Shown here piece after piece: positions 49,753-59,155 of a DNA stretch of 64,000 nt; position 1 is the first letter of the stretch, and the number at the start of each line of letters is the position of its first letter. The stretch covers positions 49 through 64,048 of the forward strand of contig CAZUAT010000005.1 of NCBI GenBank assembly GCA_964618415.1, in the 5' to 3' direction. Below the pieces are notes generated by a model, which saw nothing but the letters and a program-made list of their open reading frames with translations, was not told the origin of the DNA and made no database searches. The translations under genes were made by a program, and so were the position numbers. The DNA comes from an uncultured Thermoanaerobaculia bacterium. Lineage in GTDB: Bacteria > Acidobacteriota > Thermoanaerobaculia > Multivoradales > JAGPDF01.

Positions 49753-49778
49753 CCCGGCGCCCGGCGGTGCCGGGTTTT
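49753..49778 (+). terminator. Rho-independent terminator after rpsT
   Basis: A 9-bp stem cccggcgcc/ggtgccggg (one G-U pair), loop cggc, followed by TTTT at 49775-49778. Confidence 0.6.
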
Positions 49779-49808
49779 GCCGTGTTCAGACTCCGCCGCC
49801 CAGCGAGC

Positions 49809-50333
49809 TCAGAACCCTTCGAGCAGGTCGGTGACCATCGTCTCGGCGAACTTGGTGGCAGTCGCCTCGATGGCCGGGGTCTCGCGGTCGAAGTAGCCGA
49901 GCTCCGAAGCCTCCAGACGGTAGCTGTCGCGGAACTGGTAGCGGTCGTTCTCCCACAGCACGCGCTCCGGGTCGAGCTGCCGGAACTGCACCTGGACCGT
50001 GATCAGGATCTCGTACTCGGTCGCCCGCCCCTGCCCGTCGTACGACACCGGGCGGACGTTGAAGTTCGAGACGCCGCCGGAGATCACCGCGTCGGCCGCC
50101 CCTTCCTCCCCGGTGAGCACTTCGAAGCGACGCCGCGTCACCAGCTCGTCGGCCAGGGCGCGGGTCAGGATCTGCTCGACCTGGACGCGGCTGGTCCGGT
50201 TTTCGAGCGGCTCGAGGCGGACCACCCGGATGGTGTCCGGAATGTTCGAGGCCGTGCCCACGAGCCGGTAGCCGCAGCCGGGCAGACCGACGACCACCAG
50301 GAGCAGGAGGGGCAAGATTCGGCGCAGGCGCAT
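49809..50333 (-). CDS. lptE: LPS-assembly lipoprotein LptE
   Basis: Lipobox GLPGCGYRL. Size is about 170 aa. It sits at the conserved position immediately downstream of leuS (start/stop share base 50333). Confidence 0.7.
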   Translation of the reverse strand: MRLRRILPLLLLVVVGLPGCGYRLVGTASNIPDTIRVVRLEPLENRTSRVQVEQILTRALADELVTRRRFEVLTGEEGAADAVISGGVSNFNVRPVSYDGQGRATEYEILITVQVQFRQLDPERVLWENDRYQFRDSYRLEASELGYFDRETPAIEATATKFAETMVTDLLEGF

Positions 50334-52810
50334 CAGGCGGTCTCCCTTCGAGTCACGATGTTGACGAGGCGTCCGGGCACGACGACACAGCGCTCGAGCG
50401 GACGGCCGCCCATGTGCTCGCGCACTTTCTCGCTGGCAAGCGCCGCCGCCCGCACGCCGGCCTCGTCGGTGCCGGCGTCGACTTCGATGCGGTCGCGCAC
50501 CTTGCCGTCCACCTGAACGACGAGCACGATCCGGGCACGCTGGATGCGTGACTCGTCGGCGACCGGCCAGTCCGAGTCGAGCAGGCTCCCTTCATGGCCG
50601 CGGCGCTCCCAGATCTCCTCGGTGATGTGCGGGGCGATCGGGTGCAGCAGCTGCAGCAGTGTGTCGAGGGTCTGCGCGACCACGAGCTTCGAGGCCGTCT
50701 TCTCCTCCACCGCCCGGACCAGCGCGTTGAGCAGCTCCATCAGGCCGGCGACCGCGGTGTTGTACTTGAACCGGTCGTAGTCCCGCGTGACGCGCTGAAT
50801 CGCGACATTCCGCGCGCGTTCGAGCTCCGCGTCGGCCGGGCCGTTCGGCGGCACCTCCTCGGCACGCTCGGCAACGCGCCAGAGCCGCATCAGGAACCGG
50901 TGCGCGCCGGCCACCGCCTCGTCGTTCCACTCCACCTCGTCCTCCGGCGGGCCGAGGAAGAGGGTGTAGACCCGTTCGGTGTCCGCGCCGGCCTGGTCGA
51001 TGATCTCGTCCGGGGAAACGGTGTTGCCGCGCCGCTTGGACATCTTCTCGATCCGGCCAGTCTGCTCCGCGTAGCGAGTGATCATCCCCTGGTTGAACAG
51101 GTTCGAGAACGGCTCCTCGAACCCGACCAGGTCGAGATCGTGCAGGACGCGGCAGACGAAGCGGGCGTAGAGCAAGTGCAGGATGGCGTGCTCGATGCCG
51201 CCGATGTACTGGTCGACGGGACCCCACCGGTCCGCCAGCGCCCGGTCGAACATGCGCTCGGCGTCGCGCGGCGACAGGTAGCGCAGGTAGTACCAGGAGC
51301 TGTCGACGAAGGTGTCCATCGTATCGGTCTCACGGCGAGCCGCGGCGCCGCAGCGCGGACAGGTCGTGCGCGAGAACTCCGGGTGGCGAGTCAGAGGGTT
51401 GCCCTCGCGCCCGGAGAATTCGACGTCGTACGGCAGTTCGACCGGCAGCTGTTCGTCCGGCACCGCAACGATGCCGCAGGAGTCACAATAGACGACGGGA
51501 ATCGGCGTCCCCCAGTAGCGCTGGCGTGAGATCAGCCAGTCGCGCAGCCGGTAGGTCACCTTGCGCCGGCCGGCGCCGCGCTCCTCGAGCCAGTCGATGA
51601 ACGCCGCGATCGTCTTCTCTCCCGGCCCGCGGCCGTCGAACGGCGATCCGGTGCCACGGATGACACCGGCGTGCGGAATCGCCTCCTGCAGGGTGTCCGG
51701 GTCGACCAAACCCTCCTCCGGGTGGTAGACCAGGCGCACCGCCAGGCCGTGGGCGCGCGCAAAGCCGAGATCGCGCTGGTCGTGGGCCGGCACTCCCATG
51801 ACGGCGCCGGTGCCGTAGTCCGGCAGGACGTAGTCGGCCAGCCAGATCGGAATCTTGTCGCCCGTGATCGGGTGCACGGCGTGGCGTCCGGTCGGGCGGC
51901 CCTGCGCAGCGCCATCGACCTCTTCGCGCTCGCGCCGCGGGGTGCTGCGCACCTGGGCGATCCAGGCCTCGAACTCGGCGCGCTCGGGCAGGTCGGCGAT
52001 CCACCCGGCGACGGCGGGGTGTTCAGGGGCGACCGCCAGAAAGGTGACCCCGTGGAGCGTGTCCGGGCGGGTGGTGAAGACCGGTAGTACCTCGCCCCCC
52101 TCGACTGCGAACGGGATCTCCGCCCCCTCGGAGCGACCGATCCAGTTGCGCTGCATGGTCTTGACCTTCTCCGGCCAGCCTTCCAGGCCATCGAGGCCGG
52201 CCAGCAGTCGCTCGGCGTAGTCGGTGATGCGCAGGAACCACTGCTCGAGGTCGCGCTGTTCCACCGCCGTCGAGCAGCGTTCACAGGCGCCATCGATCAC
52301 CTGTTCGTTGGCGAGCACGGTGCGGCAGCTCGGGCACCAGTTCACCGGCGCCCGGCGCTTGTAGGCGATGCCGCGCTCGAGCATGCGCAGGAACAGCCAC
52401 TGGTTCCAGCGGTAGTAGGCCGGCAGGCAGGAGGTGATCTCCTTCGACCAGTCGTAAAGGATGCCCCAGCGTCGGAACTGCTGCTTCATCACCCGGATGT
52501 TCTCGAGCGTCCAGTCGCGCGGATGGACCCCGCGCTGGATCGCCGCGTTCTCGGCCGGCAGGCCGAAAGCGTCCCAGCCCATCGGGTTGAGCGCCTTGTG
52601 ACCGCGCATGCGCAGGTAGCGATAGAGCGCATCGCCGAGGATGTAGTTGCGGCCGTGTCCGACGTGCAGGCGATCGCCCGAGGGGTACGGGAACATCATC
52701 AGCATGTAGCGTTTGCTGCGGGCGTGGCGCAGGTCGACCTCGGCGGTGCGCGACTTCTCCCACCTGTCCTGCCACTTCGCTTCTACCGCCCGATGGTCGT
52801 ACGGGGTCAT
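50333..52810 (-). CDS. leuS: Leucine-tRNA ligase
   Basis: MTPYDHRAVEAKWQDRW, the HIGH motif as PYPSGDRLHVGH, and the KMSKS motif as KMSKRRGN. The ORF-track extension upstream of the Met at 52810 is a shadow of the neighbouring gene. Confidence 0.95.
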   Translation of the reverse strand: MTPYDHRAVEAKWQDRWEKSRTAEVDLRHARSKRYMLMMFPYPSGDRLHVGHGRNYILGDALYRYLRMRGHKALNPMGWDAFGLPAENAAIQRGVHPRDWTLENIRVMKQQFRRWGILYDWSKEITSCLPAYYRWNQWLFLRMLERGIAYKRRAPVNWCPSCRTVLANEQVIDGACERCSTAVEQRDLEQWFLRITDYAERLLAGLDGLEGWPEKVKTMQRNWIGRSEGAEIPFAVEGGEVLPVFTTRPDTLHGVTFLAVAPEHPAVAGWIADLPERAEFEAWIAQVRSTPRREREEVDGAAQGRPTGRHAVHPITGDKIPIWLADYVLPDYGTGAVMGVPAHDQRDLGFARAHGLAVRLVYHPEEGLVDPDTLQEAIPHAGVIRGTGSPFDGRGPGEKTIAAFIDWLEERGAGRRKVTYRLRDWLISRQRYWGTPIPVVYCDSCGIVAVPDEQLPVELPYDVEFSGREGNPLTRHPEFSRTTCPRCGAAARRETDTMDTFVDSSWYYLRYLSPRDAERMFDRALADRWGPVDQYIGGIEHAILHLLYARFVCRVLHDLDLVGFEEPFSNLFNQGMITRYAEQTGRIEKMSKRRGNTVSPDEIIDQAGADTERVYTLFLGPPEDEVEWNDEAVAGAHRFLMRLWRVAERAEEVPPNGPADAELERARNVAIQRVTRDYDRFKYNTAVAGLMELLNALVRAVEEKTASKLVVAQTLDTLLQLLHPIAPHITEEIWERRGHEGSLLDSDWPVADESRIQRARIVLVVQVDGKVRDRIEVDAGTDEAGVRAAALASEKVREHMGGRPLERCVVVPGRLVNIVTRRETA

Positions 52811-53844
52811 TGCCGGCTCTCCACCTCGACCGGTGGCGATGCGCCGACCGGCACTTCCAGTTCTGCGAGCACGCGATTGCGGAAGGTCACGCGCTTCCAG
52901 GCCGCCCGCCGGCCGCCGTGCTCGATACTCAGTTCGTAGCTGCCCGGCTCGAGGCCGACAAAGCTGCCCCGCCCCTCGGCGAGGGTGAGGACGCGCCGCC
53001 GGCCGCCTCCCTCCAGCGTCGCGGTGGCGGCGACCTCGGGGCGCAGCTGCACGACCAGCGCCGCCGCGCGCCGCGTCTCGTCGTTGCCGCGCGCCCGCAC
53101 GCCCGGTCCGTTGCCGCCGTTCCACGAGCGCAGATCGATCTCCCGGCTGCGGTCGTTGCGATCGACCAGTGCGCCCGCGCCCGGCTCGCTTTCGAGCAGG
53201 TCGGCAGCGAGGCGCAGATAGGTGGCGGGCACGAAGTGGTGAGTCGCTACCGGGTCGCTGAAAACCCACCCGCGATCCGGGTAGTGCACCTCGACCCAGC
53301 GGTGGAACCCCCCCTGTGCACCCGCGGGAGCGGCGCCGACGACATATCCGGGGACCTCGCGCGCCTCGATCTCGACGCTGCTCAGCAGGGCGACGGTCAG
53401 GCGCGAGATTCCGGTGCAATACGCGCTGCGTCGCTCGAGAACGGCTTCCGCCGACTGGTCCAGCCGGCGGTCGAGATCGTAGGAGATCTGGTCGGCCACC
53501 CACGCCAGCACGCGCGTCACCGCCTCGTAGCGCGTCGTCGCGCCCGCCGTGAGGGCGGCCGCCAGGCGACCCACCGACCCGTTCGAGGCCGCGGCCGCGG
53601 CGTCGGGCGCGCGGAACGGTGTCCGGCTGGCCAGCGGGGCCAGGTCGACCTGGACCGTCCAGGTGCCGTCCTGATTGCGCCGCAGCTCATAGCCCTGGTT
53701 CGCGTACTCGGCGACCTGAGCGCCGGGCGGCGGCACGAGCGTCGCCAGATCGCCGCCGTCGACCATACGCACTTCGACGGCGTTGGCCGACCCGCCCGCG
53801 AGCGCGCCGGCGACCACCATCGCGACCGCCGCTCTCCCCCGCAT
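52807..53844 (-). CDS. Secreted transglutaminase-like domain protein
   Basis: Signal peptide. The transglutaminase core has RRSAYCTGISRL (Cys) ... GFHRWVEVHY (His) ... FSDP (Asp). A C-terminal beta-sandwich-like domain follows. Confidence 0.7.
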   Translation of the reverse strand: MRGRAAVAMVVAGALAGGSANAVEVRMVDGGDLATLVPPPGAQVAEYANQGYELRRNQDGTWTVQVDLAPLASRTPFRAPDAAAAASNGSVGRLAAALTAGATTRYEAVTRVLAWVADQISYDLDRRLDQSAEAVLERRSAYCTGISRLTVALLSSVEIEAREVPGYVVGAAPAGAQGGFHRWVEVHYPDRGWVFSDPVATHHFVPATYLRLAADLLESEPGAGALVDRNDRSREIDLRSWNGGNGPGVRARGNDETRRAAALVVQLRPEVAATATLEGGGRRRVLTLAEGRGSFVGLEPGSYELSIEHGGRRAAWKRVTFRNRVLAELEVPVGASPPVEVESRQ

Positions 53845-54356
53845 CAGGTCCCCGCCGGGAAAAGGCCTCGCTTGAGCATTCCGTCGAGCAGGCCGTTGAC
53901 GAACTTGCCGGACTGATCGGTGCCGAACTGCTTGGCAAGCTCGACCGCCTCGTCGACGACCACCAGGTGCGGAACGTCGACTTCGGCGAGCAGTTCGAAC
54001 ACCGCCAGGCGCAGGATGTTGCGATCGACCGGCGGCATGCGCTCGAGGCGCCAGTTGTCCGCCTGTGCGCGAATCATGGCGTCGATCTCGGAGAGGCGCC
54101 CCTGCGTCCCGATGACCAGCGTGCGCGCGTGCTCGAACGCCTGCCGGGCGAGGTCGAGGTCGTGCGGCTCGCGGCGCCGCGCGGCTGCCGGCGGACTCTC
54201 GCCTTCCCCCGCCTGCTGCTGCTCGGCCTCCGCCCGCTCGACCAGGAAGTCGGCGACGTCGAAGGCGCCCAGCACGGTGGCCGCGCTGCTGCCCGCCAGG
54301 TCGGCCTGGTAGAGCATCTGGACCGCCATCTCGCGCGCCAACCGCCGCTTCCCCAC
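53844..54356 (-). CDS. nusB: Transcription antitermination factor NusB
   Basis: RR.ARE.A.Q.LYQ.D...... and the C-terminal AV.ELL...DVP..V..DEAVELAK.FG....GKFVNG.LD. Confidence 0.9.
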   Translation of the reverse strand: MGKRRLAREMAVQMLYQADLAGSSAATVLGAFDVADFLVERAEAEQQQAGEGESPPAAARRREPHDLDLARQAFEHARTLVIGTQGRLSEIDAMIRAQADNWRLERMPPVDRNILRLAVFELLAEVDVPHLVVVDEAVELAKQFGTDQSGKFVNGLLDGMLKRGLFPAGT

Positions 54357-54431
54357 GTCCTGCGCCTCCGTTCGGTCAAAGAGCCCCGGCTCGCTGCCCG
54401 CGTGCCGCGCCGTCGGCCCATCCAGTCCTGG

Positions 54432-54914
54432 TCAGGGGTCGATCCGCTCCAGCACGTCGACCGTTTCGAGCACCGCCTGCGCGGCCTCGGCGCCTTTGTT
54501 GCCCTCCTCGCCGCCCGCCCGAGCCTCGGCCTGGGCGGTGTCGTCGCAGGTCAGCACCCCGAACCCGACCGGCAGCCGGTGACGGCGCGCCACCTCGCCG
54601 CAGCCGCGGGTGCACTCCCCGGCCACGTAGTCGAAGTGCGGCGTGCCGCCCCGGATGACCGCGCCGAGCGCCACCAGTCCGTCGTATCGCCCCGTGCGGG
54701 CAAGCGCCTCGAGCGCCACCGGGATCTCCCACGCGCCGGGCACCCGGACGACCTCGATCGCGCCGTGCGGCACGCCCCGGGCCGCGAGCGTCTCCAGGGC
54801 GCCCGCGAGCAGCCGGTCGACGATCTCGCCGTTGAAGCGGGATGCGACCACCGCGAGGCGCCGGCCGGAGCCGTCGAGAGGGAGTGCCGTTGGGCGTAGA
54901 GTGCTCATTTTCAA
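54432..54914 (-). CDS. ribH: 6,7-dimethyl-8-ribityllumazine synthase
   Basis: SRFN..I...LL.GA...L........VPGA.EIP......A.....YD..VALG.VIRG.T.HFDYV. Confidence 0.95.
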   Translation of the reverse strand: MKMSTLRPTALPLDGSGRRLAVVASRFNGEIVDRLLAGALETLAARGVPHGAIEVVRVPGAWEIPVALEALARTGRYDGLVALGAVIRGGTPHFDYVAGECTRGCGEVARRHRLPVGFGVLTCDDTAQAEARAGGEEGNKGAEAAQAVLETVDVLERIDP

Positions 54915-54996
54915 GGGACTTCCGCCGACTGCCCAGTGTAGCGGCGAGGCTGCGGAGTGTCAACGAAGGCGCCTGTGGCGCGCCTGGCAGATCAGC

Positions 54997-55704
54997 TCAG
55001 AGATCGCCGCCGGGAGGGCGGAGTCGCACCTCCTCGACCACCGCGCGTTCGGCCTCGAGCGCCCAGATGAGCGCCCGCGCCACCTCGTCAGCCGGCATCA
55101 TCCGCTCGCGCTCCCAGTGGCCGGGCAGACCGTCCCAGAGCGGGCTGTCAGTCGCTCCGGGCGTCAGCGCCAGCACGCGCAGACCGGAGCCGGCCAGCTC
55201 CTCGCGCAACGATTCGACCAGCCCGAGCAGCCCCCACTTGGAGGCGGCATAGCCGGACCAGCCGGGAAAGGTCCGCCGTGCGGCCACCGACAGGATCGCC
55301 ACCAGGTCACCGCGCCGGCGCGCCAGCATCGACGGCAGGGCGGCACGCAGCAGATTGGCGCAGCCGAGCAGGTTGACTGCCACCTGCGCCTCGAACTCCT
55401 CGGCGGGCTGCTCGGCAAACGGGGCGACCGAGGCGATCCCGGCCGCGGGCAGGACCAGGTCGACCGGCCCCAGTGACGTCTCGACCCGTCGCACCGCATC
55501 GGCGACCGCGGCGCCGTCCCGGACGTCCAGGGGTTCGATACAGCCCTCGCCTCCGGCTTCCGCCAGCACGGCCGCGAGCGGCTCAGGGCGCCGCCCTACC
55601 AGGGCCAGCCGATGCCCGCGGCGCGCCAGTGCGAGCGCACAGGCGCGTCCGAGCCCGGATCCGCCGCCGCTCACCAGCGCGACCCCGCGCTGCCGAGTGT
55701 TCAT
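54997..55704 (-). CDS. SDR-family oxidoreductase
   Basis: ALVSGGGSGLGRA (TGxxxGxG) and YAASKWG (YxxxK). The start is the Met at 55704, because the upstream part of the ORF is tRNA sequence. Confidence 0.8.
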   Translation of the reverse strand: MNTRQRGVALVSGGGSGLGRACALALARRGHRLALVGRRPEPLAAVLAEAGGEGCIEPLDVRDGAAVADAVRRVETSLGPVDLVLPAAGIASVAPFAEQPAEEFEAQVAVNLLGCANLLRAALPSMLARRRGDLVAILSVAARRTFPGWSGYAASKWGLLGLVESLREELAGSGLRVLALTPGATDSPLWDGLPGHWERERMMPADEVARALIWALEAERAVVEEVRLRPPGGDL

Positions 55705-55761
55705 CGGACCGCCGCGCGCCGGTGGCGCCGTCTCGCTGTGCAGGTGGAGAGGGGAGAAAAA

Positions 55762-55838
55762 TGGTCGGGACGGCGAGATTTGAACTCGCGACCCCCTGAA
55801 CCCCATTCAGGTACGCTACCAGGCTGCGCCACGTCCCG
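55762..55838 (-). tRNA. tRNA-Pro (anticodon GGG), includes the encoded CCA
   Basis: The reverse complement CGGGACGTGGCGCAGCCTGGTAGCGTACCTGAATGGGGTTCAGGGGGTCGCGAGTTCAAATCTCGCCGTCCCGACCA folds by hand. Acceptor is CGGGACG/CGTCCCG, anticodon stem CCTGA/TCAGG, loop ATGGGGT. Confidence 0.85.
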
Positions 55839-55906
55839 ACCGGTGAGTCTCAACGGCTGGTTCTCCCGCCCCCTCGGCCGATCGCTGCCGGTTGGGCCGG
55901 CATCGT

Positions 55907-56365
55907 CTAGCGGCGGGGTTTGCCGAGAGCTGCGAGGATCGACCGCGCATCGGCCAGCGCCGCGGCGATTCCGTTGCGCAGGCTTTCTATCCGCTCGTCC
56001 GGCGGCGAGTCAAGCGGCGCGGCGTTGCGACTCGCGCGCCCGCCGGTCGACTTGCGCCGTCCGGTCGCTGCGGGTGCATCCCCGCCCGCCGCCGGAGCGT
56101 CATCGAACAGGGAAGCGGCAACCGGCTCGCCGTCGGGCTCGGACTCGAGCTTCTTTTTGGCGCCAGCGATCGTGTAGCCCTCTTCGTAGAGGAGCTGCTG
56201 GATGCGCCGGAGCGTCGCGGCATCCTCACTCGTGTAGGTGCGGGCGGCCCCCGTCCCTTTGCCGCGCAGCATCGGGAACTCGGTCTCCCAGTAGCGCAGC
56301 ACGTACGGCGGCAGATCGAGCTGCCTGCAGATCTCCGCCGCCTTGAACGTTCGCTTGGTCGTCAC
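55907..56365 (-). CDS. MerR-family transcriptional regulator
   Basis: N-terminal HTH FKAAEICRQLDLPPYVLRYWETEFP......R.Y...D...L..I..LL.EEGYTI.GAKK. Confidence 0.8.
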   Translation of the reverse strand: MTTKRTFKAAEICRQLDLPPYVLRYWETEFPMLRGKGTGAARTYTSEDAATLRRIQQLLYEEGYTIAGAKKKLESEPDGEPVAASLFDDAPAAGGDAPAATGRRKSTGGRASRNAAPLDSPPDERIESLRNGIAAALADARSILAALGKPRR

Positions 56366-56394
56366 GCCGCGCCGATCCTAGTTCCGCCTGCGCC

Positions 56395-57714
56395 TCAAGT
56401 CGAGCGCTGTCGGACGACGAGCCGCACCGGCACGCCGGCGAGGTCGAACGTTTCGCGCAACCGGTTCTCGAGATAGCGCCGGTAGGTGTGCGAGAGGGGA
56501 AGCGGCCGGTTGGCGAACAGCATGAAGGTGGGTGGCCCGGACGCCACCTGCGTGGCGTAGTAGAGCTTCCACGGACGATGGTCGAGGCGCGGCGGCTCGT
56601 GCTGCCGCAGCCATTGCTCGAACAGGCGGTTGAGCTCCCCGGTGGAGACCTGCAGGCGAAATGCGGCGCTGGCCCGGTCGATGCGATCGAACAGGTTCTC
56701 CACCGCGCGCCCCGTGAGCGCGGAGATGTTGACCGTCGGCGGGTCGGCCAACGCATCGGCGAGCCGCGGCCAGGACCGCTCGAGGCGTTCGCGTCCAGCG
56801 TCGTCGAGCAGATCCCACTTGTTGACCGCCACGACCGCCGCCCGACCGGCCTGCCAGATCGCGCCGGCGACGGCCAGGTCGCCCGTCGTCACGCCCATCG
56901 GCGCCTCGATCACCAGAACCGCGACGTCCGACCGTTCGATCTGGCGGCGCGCCAGCATCACGGCCAGTTCCTCCGGCGCATCCGACACCTTGGCGCGGCG
57001 CCGCATGCCAGCGGTGTCGATCAGGAGATAGCGGCGCTCGTCCCGCGCGAGCAGAGTGTCGATCGGATCGCGAGTCGTGCCGGCGACGGGCGAAACCAGA
57101 GTCCGCTCGGCGCCGACGAGCCGGTTGAGCAGCGAGGACTTCCCGACGTTGGGACGGCCGACGATGGCAACTGGCACCGCCCCTTCCGCGCCAGGTAGAT
57201 GCTCGTCACCGTCAACGTCCGGCAGCTCGGCCGCGATGCGCTCCTTGAGGGCACCGATCCCCAAGCCGTGCTCGGCCGACACCGCGATCGGTTCACCCAG
57301 TCCGAGCGACCAGAACTCCCCCACTCCGTCGGCCGCGCGGCGCACGTCCGACTTGTTGACCACCAGCACGATCGGGCGCCGATGAACGCGCAGCTCATCG
57401 ATCACACGCTCGTCGGCCGCAGTCACGCCATCCTTGCCGTCCACCAGTAGAAGGAGCAGATCGGATTCGGCGATCGCGGCGCGCACCTGATCGTTGATCC
57501 CGAGCGGATCGTCGCCGGGCACGAGACCGCCGGTGTCGATCCACTGCACCGGGCGTCCATCGTCGAGATCGGCCAGCGCGACGAGGCGATCACGCGTCAC
57601 GCCGGGCTGGTCGTGAACGATCGCCTGCCGTCGTCCGACGAGGCGGTTGAAGAGCGTCGACTTCCCTACGTTCGGTCGGCCGACGATCGCCACCGACGCG
57701 GTGAGCCGGGTCAC
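56395..57714 (-). CDS. der: Ribosome-biogenesis GTPase Der (EngA)
   Basis: Two G domains (VAIVGRPNVGKSTLFN...DTGG...NK.D and VAIVGRPNVGKSSLLN...DTAG...NKWD) plus a KH-like C-terminus. The GTG at 57714 overlaps the upstream stop. Confidence 0.9.
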   Translation of the reverse strand: MTRLTASVAIVGRPNVGKSTLFNRLVGRRQAIVHDQPGVTRDRLVALADLDDGRPVQWIDTGGLVPGDDPLGINDQVRAAIAESDLLLLLVDGKDGVTAADERVIDELRVHRRPIVLVVNKSDVRRAADGVGEFWSLGLGEPIAVSAEHGLGIGALKERIAAELPDVDGDEHLPGAEGAVPVAIVGRPNVGKSSLLNRLVGAERTLVSPVAGTTRDPIDTLLARDERRYLLIDTAGMRRRAKVSDAPEELAVMLARRQIERSDVAVLVIEAPMGVTTGDLAVAGAIWQAGRAAVVAVNKWDLLDDAGRERLERSWPRLADALADPPTVNISALTGRAVENLFDRIDRASAAFRLQVSTGELNRLFEQWLRQHEPPRLDHRPWKLYYATQVASGPPTFMLFANRPLPLSHTYRRYLENRLRETFDLAGVPVRLVVRQRST

Positions 57715-58214
57715 GGGGCTTCCGCGTCCGAACTCGAGCGCAGGATGCGCGCCAGCACCCGCCAGCGCCCCTCGTCCCGGCTGACGCTGTAGACGATCGT
57801 GTTCTCCTGGCGCGCTACCTCGGAAACGGTCAGCTCGCTGCCCGCTGCGACCACCCGAAGGTGCCAGGCCTCCACGGCGACCGCGGTGGCGCTGGCGTTG
57901 CCGAAGTCGATCTCCTGCAGCGTCTGCGAGAGCAGCCGGGGCCGCAGCGCCCGCCCTTCCACTGCCAGTTCCTCGATGCGCGCCTGCACGCGGACCTGCT
58001 CTCGCTGGGTGGCCACCTCGGCCATCACCGCCGGATCGCCGGTCTCGTAGGCCCGCGTGAGGGCGTGCGCGTAGGCGGCGAGCAGCGATTCGATCTCCTG
58101 GCGGTCGGCCTCCCGGCCCCCGCTGCGGCCACATCCGGCAGCGATGAGCAGTCCGAGGAGCGGAAGCAGGATCAGGGAACGCAGTTGAAGGTCGGCGGTA
58201 CGTCGATGGCGCAT
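57711..58214 (-). CDS. Lipoprotein of unknown function
   Basis: Lipobox LIAAGC after a signal peptide, then a 140-aa soluble domain. No family recognised. Translationally coupled to der. Confidence 0.5.
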   Translation of the reverse strand: MRHRRTADLQLRSLILLPLLGLLIAAGCGRSGGREADRQEIESLLAAYAHALTRAYETGDPAVMAEVATQREQVRVQARIEELAVEGRALRPRLLSQTLQEIDFGNASATAVAVEAWHLRVVAAGSELTVSEVARQENTIVYSVSRDEGRWRVLARILRSSSDAEAP

Positions 58215-58278
58215 GGCAGGGCGAGTCTAGCCGAGGCGCACCGGCGCGAACGCCGCGGCAGACAGTGCGGCGACGCGG

Positions 58279-58307
58279 TTGACAGGGCCGTCGGCGCGGC
58301 ATACGAT
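58279..58307 (+). promoter_or_regulatory. Candidate sigma-70 promoter for tRNA-Leu(CAG) (TTGACA-17 nt-TACGAT)
   Basis: TTGACA at 58279-58284 and TACGAT at 58302-58307 with a 17-nt spacer. The mature tRNA 5' end is 11 nt downstream. Confidence 0.5.
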
Positions 58308-58317
58308 TCCGGGCCGC

Positions 58318-58404
58318 GCGAAAGTGGCGGAATTGGTAGACGCGCAAGCCTCAGGAGCTTGTGGTCGCAAGGCCGTGGGGGTTCGAGTCCCCCCTTTCGC
58401 ACCA
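58318..58404 (+). tRNA. tRNA-Leu (anticodon CAG), includes the encoded CCA
   Basis: GCGAAAGTGGCGGAATTGGTAGACGCGCAAGCCTCAGGAGCTTGTGGTCGCAAGGCCGTGGGGGTTCGAGTCCCCCCTTTCGCACCA. Acceptor is GCGAAAG/CTTTCGC, anticodon loop CTCAGGA, with a long variable arm. Confidence 0.85.
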
Positions 58405-58461
58405 ACCTTCAGTGCCCCCGGATTTCCCGCTTCTCCGTCGTCGCGACGCGGCCGGCGAGAC

Positions 58462-58830
58462 TCAGCCGGTGGCAAGGACGACCGTGGCCTCGCCGACGGC
58501 GCGACCGTCCACCCGGACGAAGCCGCGCACGCGGATCAGGCCGCCGTACCGCGCCTCGATCGCAACTTCGATCTCTCCGCTCTGCCCGGGCTGTGGGGCG
58601 ACGTCGAGCCGTGCCCTGTCGATCGCCGCGAGGGCGAGCCGGCTCGGCTCGGCGGCCCCGGGGTGTAGCACCAGGGCGGCGCTCTGCGCGACAGCTTCCA
58701 CCAGCAGCCCGAGCGGTCCGGCGGCCGCCGCACCGCGGGCCCACCAGGCGCCGACCGTGAAAAGCACGACGGCCCGGCCGTCGTGAACCTGATCGACGAG
58801 CCGAAAGGGAAACTCGTGCGGAAGGATCAA
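58462..58830 (-). CDS. Hotdog-fold FabZ/FabA-like (3R)-hydroxyacyl-ACP dehydratase homologue (TTG start, tentative)
   Basis: LPHEFPFRLVD matches the LPHRYPFLLVD N-terminal motif of FabZ-like proteins, and EAVAQS matches the EAMAQ region. The TTG at 58830 overlaps the ACP stop. Confidence 0.55.
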   Translation of the reverse strand: MILPHEFPFRLVDQVHDGRAVVLFTVGAWWARGAAAAGPLGLLVEAVAQSAALVLHPGAAEPSRLALAAIDRARLDVAPQPGQSGEIEVAIEARYGGLIRVRGFVRVDGRAVGEATVVLATG

Positions 58831-59117
58831 GCGGGGGTGTCGACGAGGCCGGGCTTGCGCACGCGTACGAATTCGGCGAGCCGCTCGACCGAGGCGAGCG
58901 CCTCGGAACCGACGGCCTCGTTCTCGATCCGCACATTGAACTCCTGCTCGACGCCGAGCACCAGCTCGAGAGCATCGATCGAATCGAGGCCGAGCCCGTC
59001 CGGGCCGAACAGCGATTCGCTGTCGCCGATCGACTCGGGCTGACGATCGAGCTTGAGACGGTCGACGAGAATCCGTTTGATGCGCAGCTTGATGTCGTCC
59101 TGTGAGGCGCCGGTCAT
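58827..59117 (-). CDS. Acyl carrier protein (stand-alone, not in a fab operon)
   Basis: 96 aa. The phosphopantetheine attachment motif GLDSIDALELV is present. Confidence 0.85.
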   Translation of the reverse strand: MTGASQDDIKLRIKRILVDRLKLDRQPESIGDSESLFGPDGLGLDSIDALELVLGVEQEFNVRIENEAVGSEALASVERLAEFVRVRKPGLVDTPA

Positions 59118-59155
59118 GACCGGCGCATCGTATCACCGGCGTCGGTGGCGCGCGG

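Noticed and set aside
50333-53503. N-terminal extensions in the ORF track. Examples are LeuS as 1056 aa, Der as 650 aa (56395-58347), FabG-like as 420 aa (59156-60418), MetK as 440 aa, PtsI from 24628, LptB-upstream ORF from 17204, and NuoE from 60626
   Set aside because: The extensions overlap upstream genes or tRNA sequence and are low-complexity. Family-typical N-termini start at internal Met/Val codons that form 4-nt overlaps with the upstream stop, so the shorter coordinates were used.
54915-54996. An FMN riboswitch upstream of ribH
   Set aside because: The gap is only about 80 nt, against roughly 140 nt needed, and the conserved FMN-element stems were not seen.
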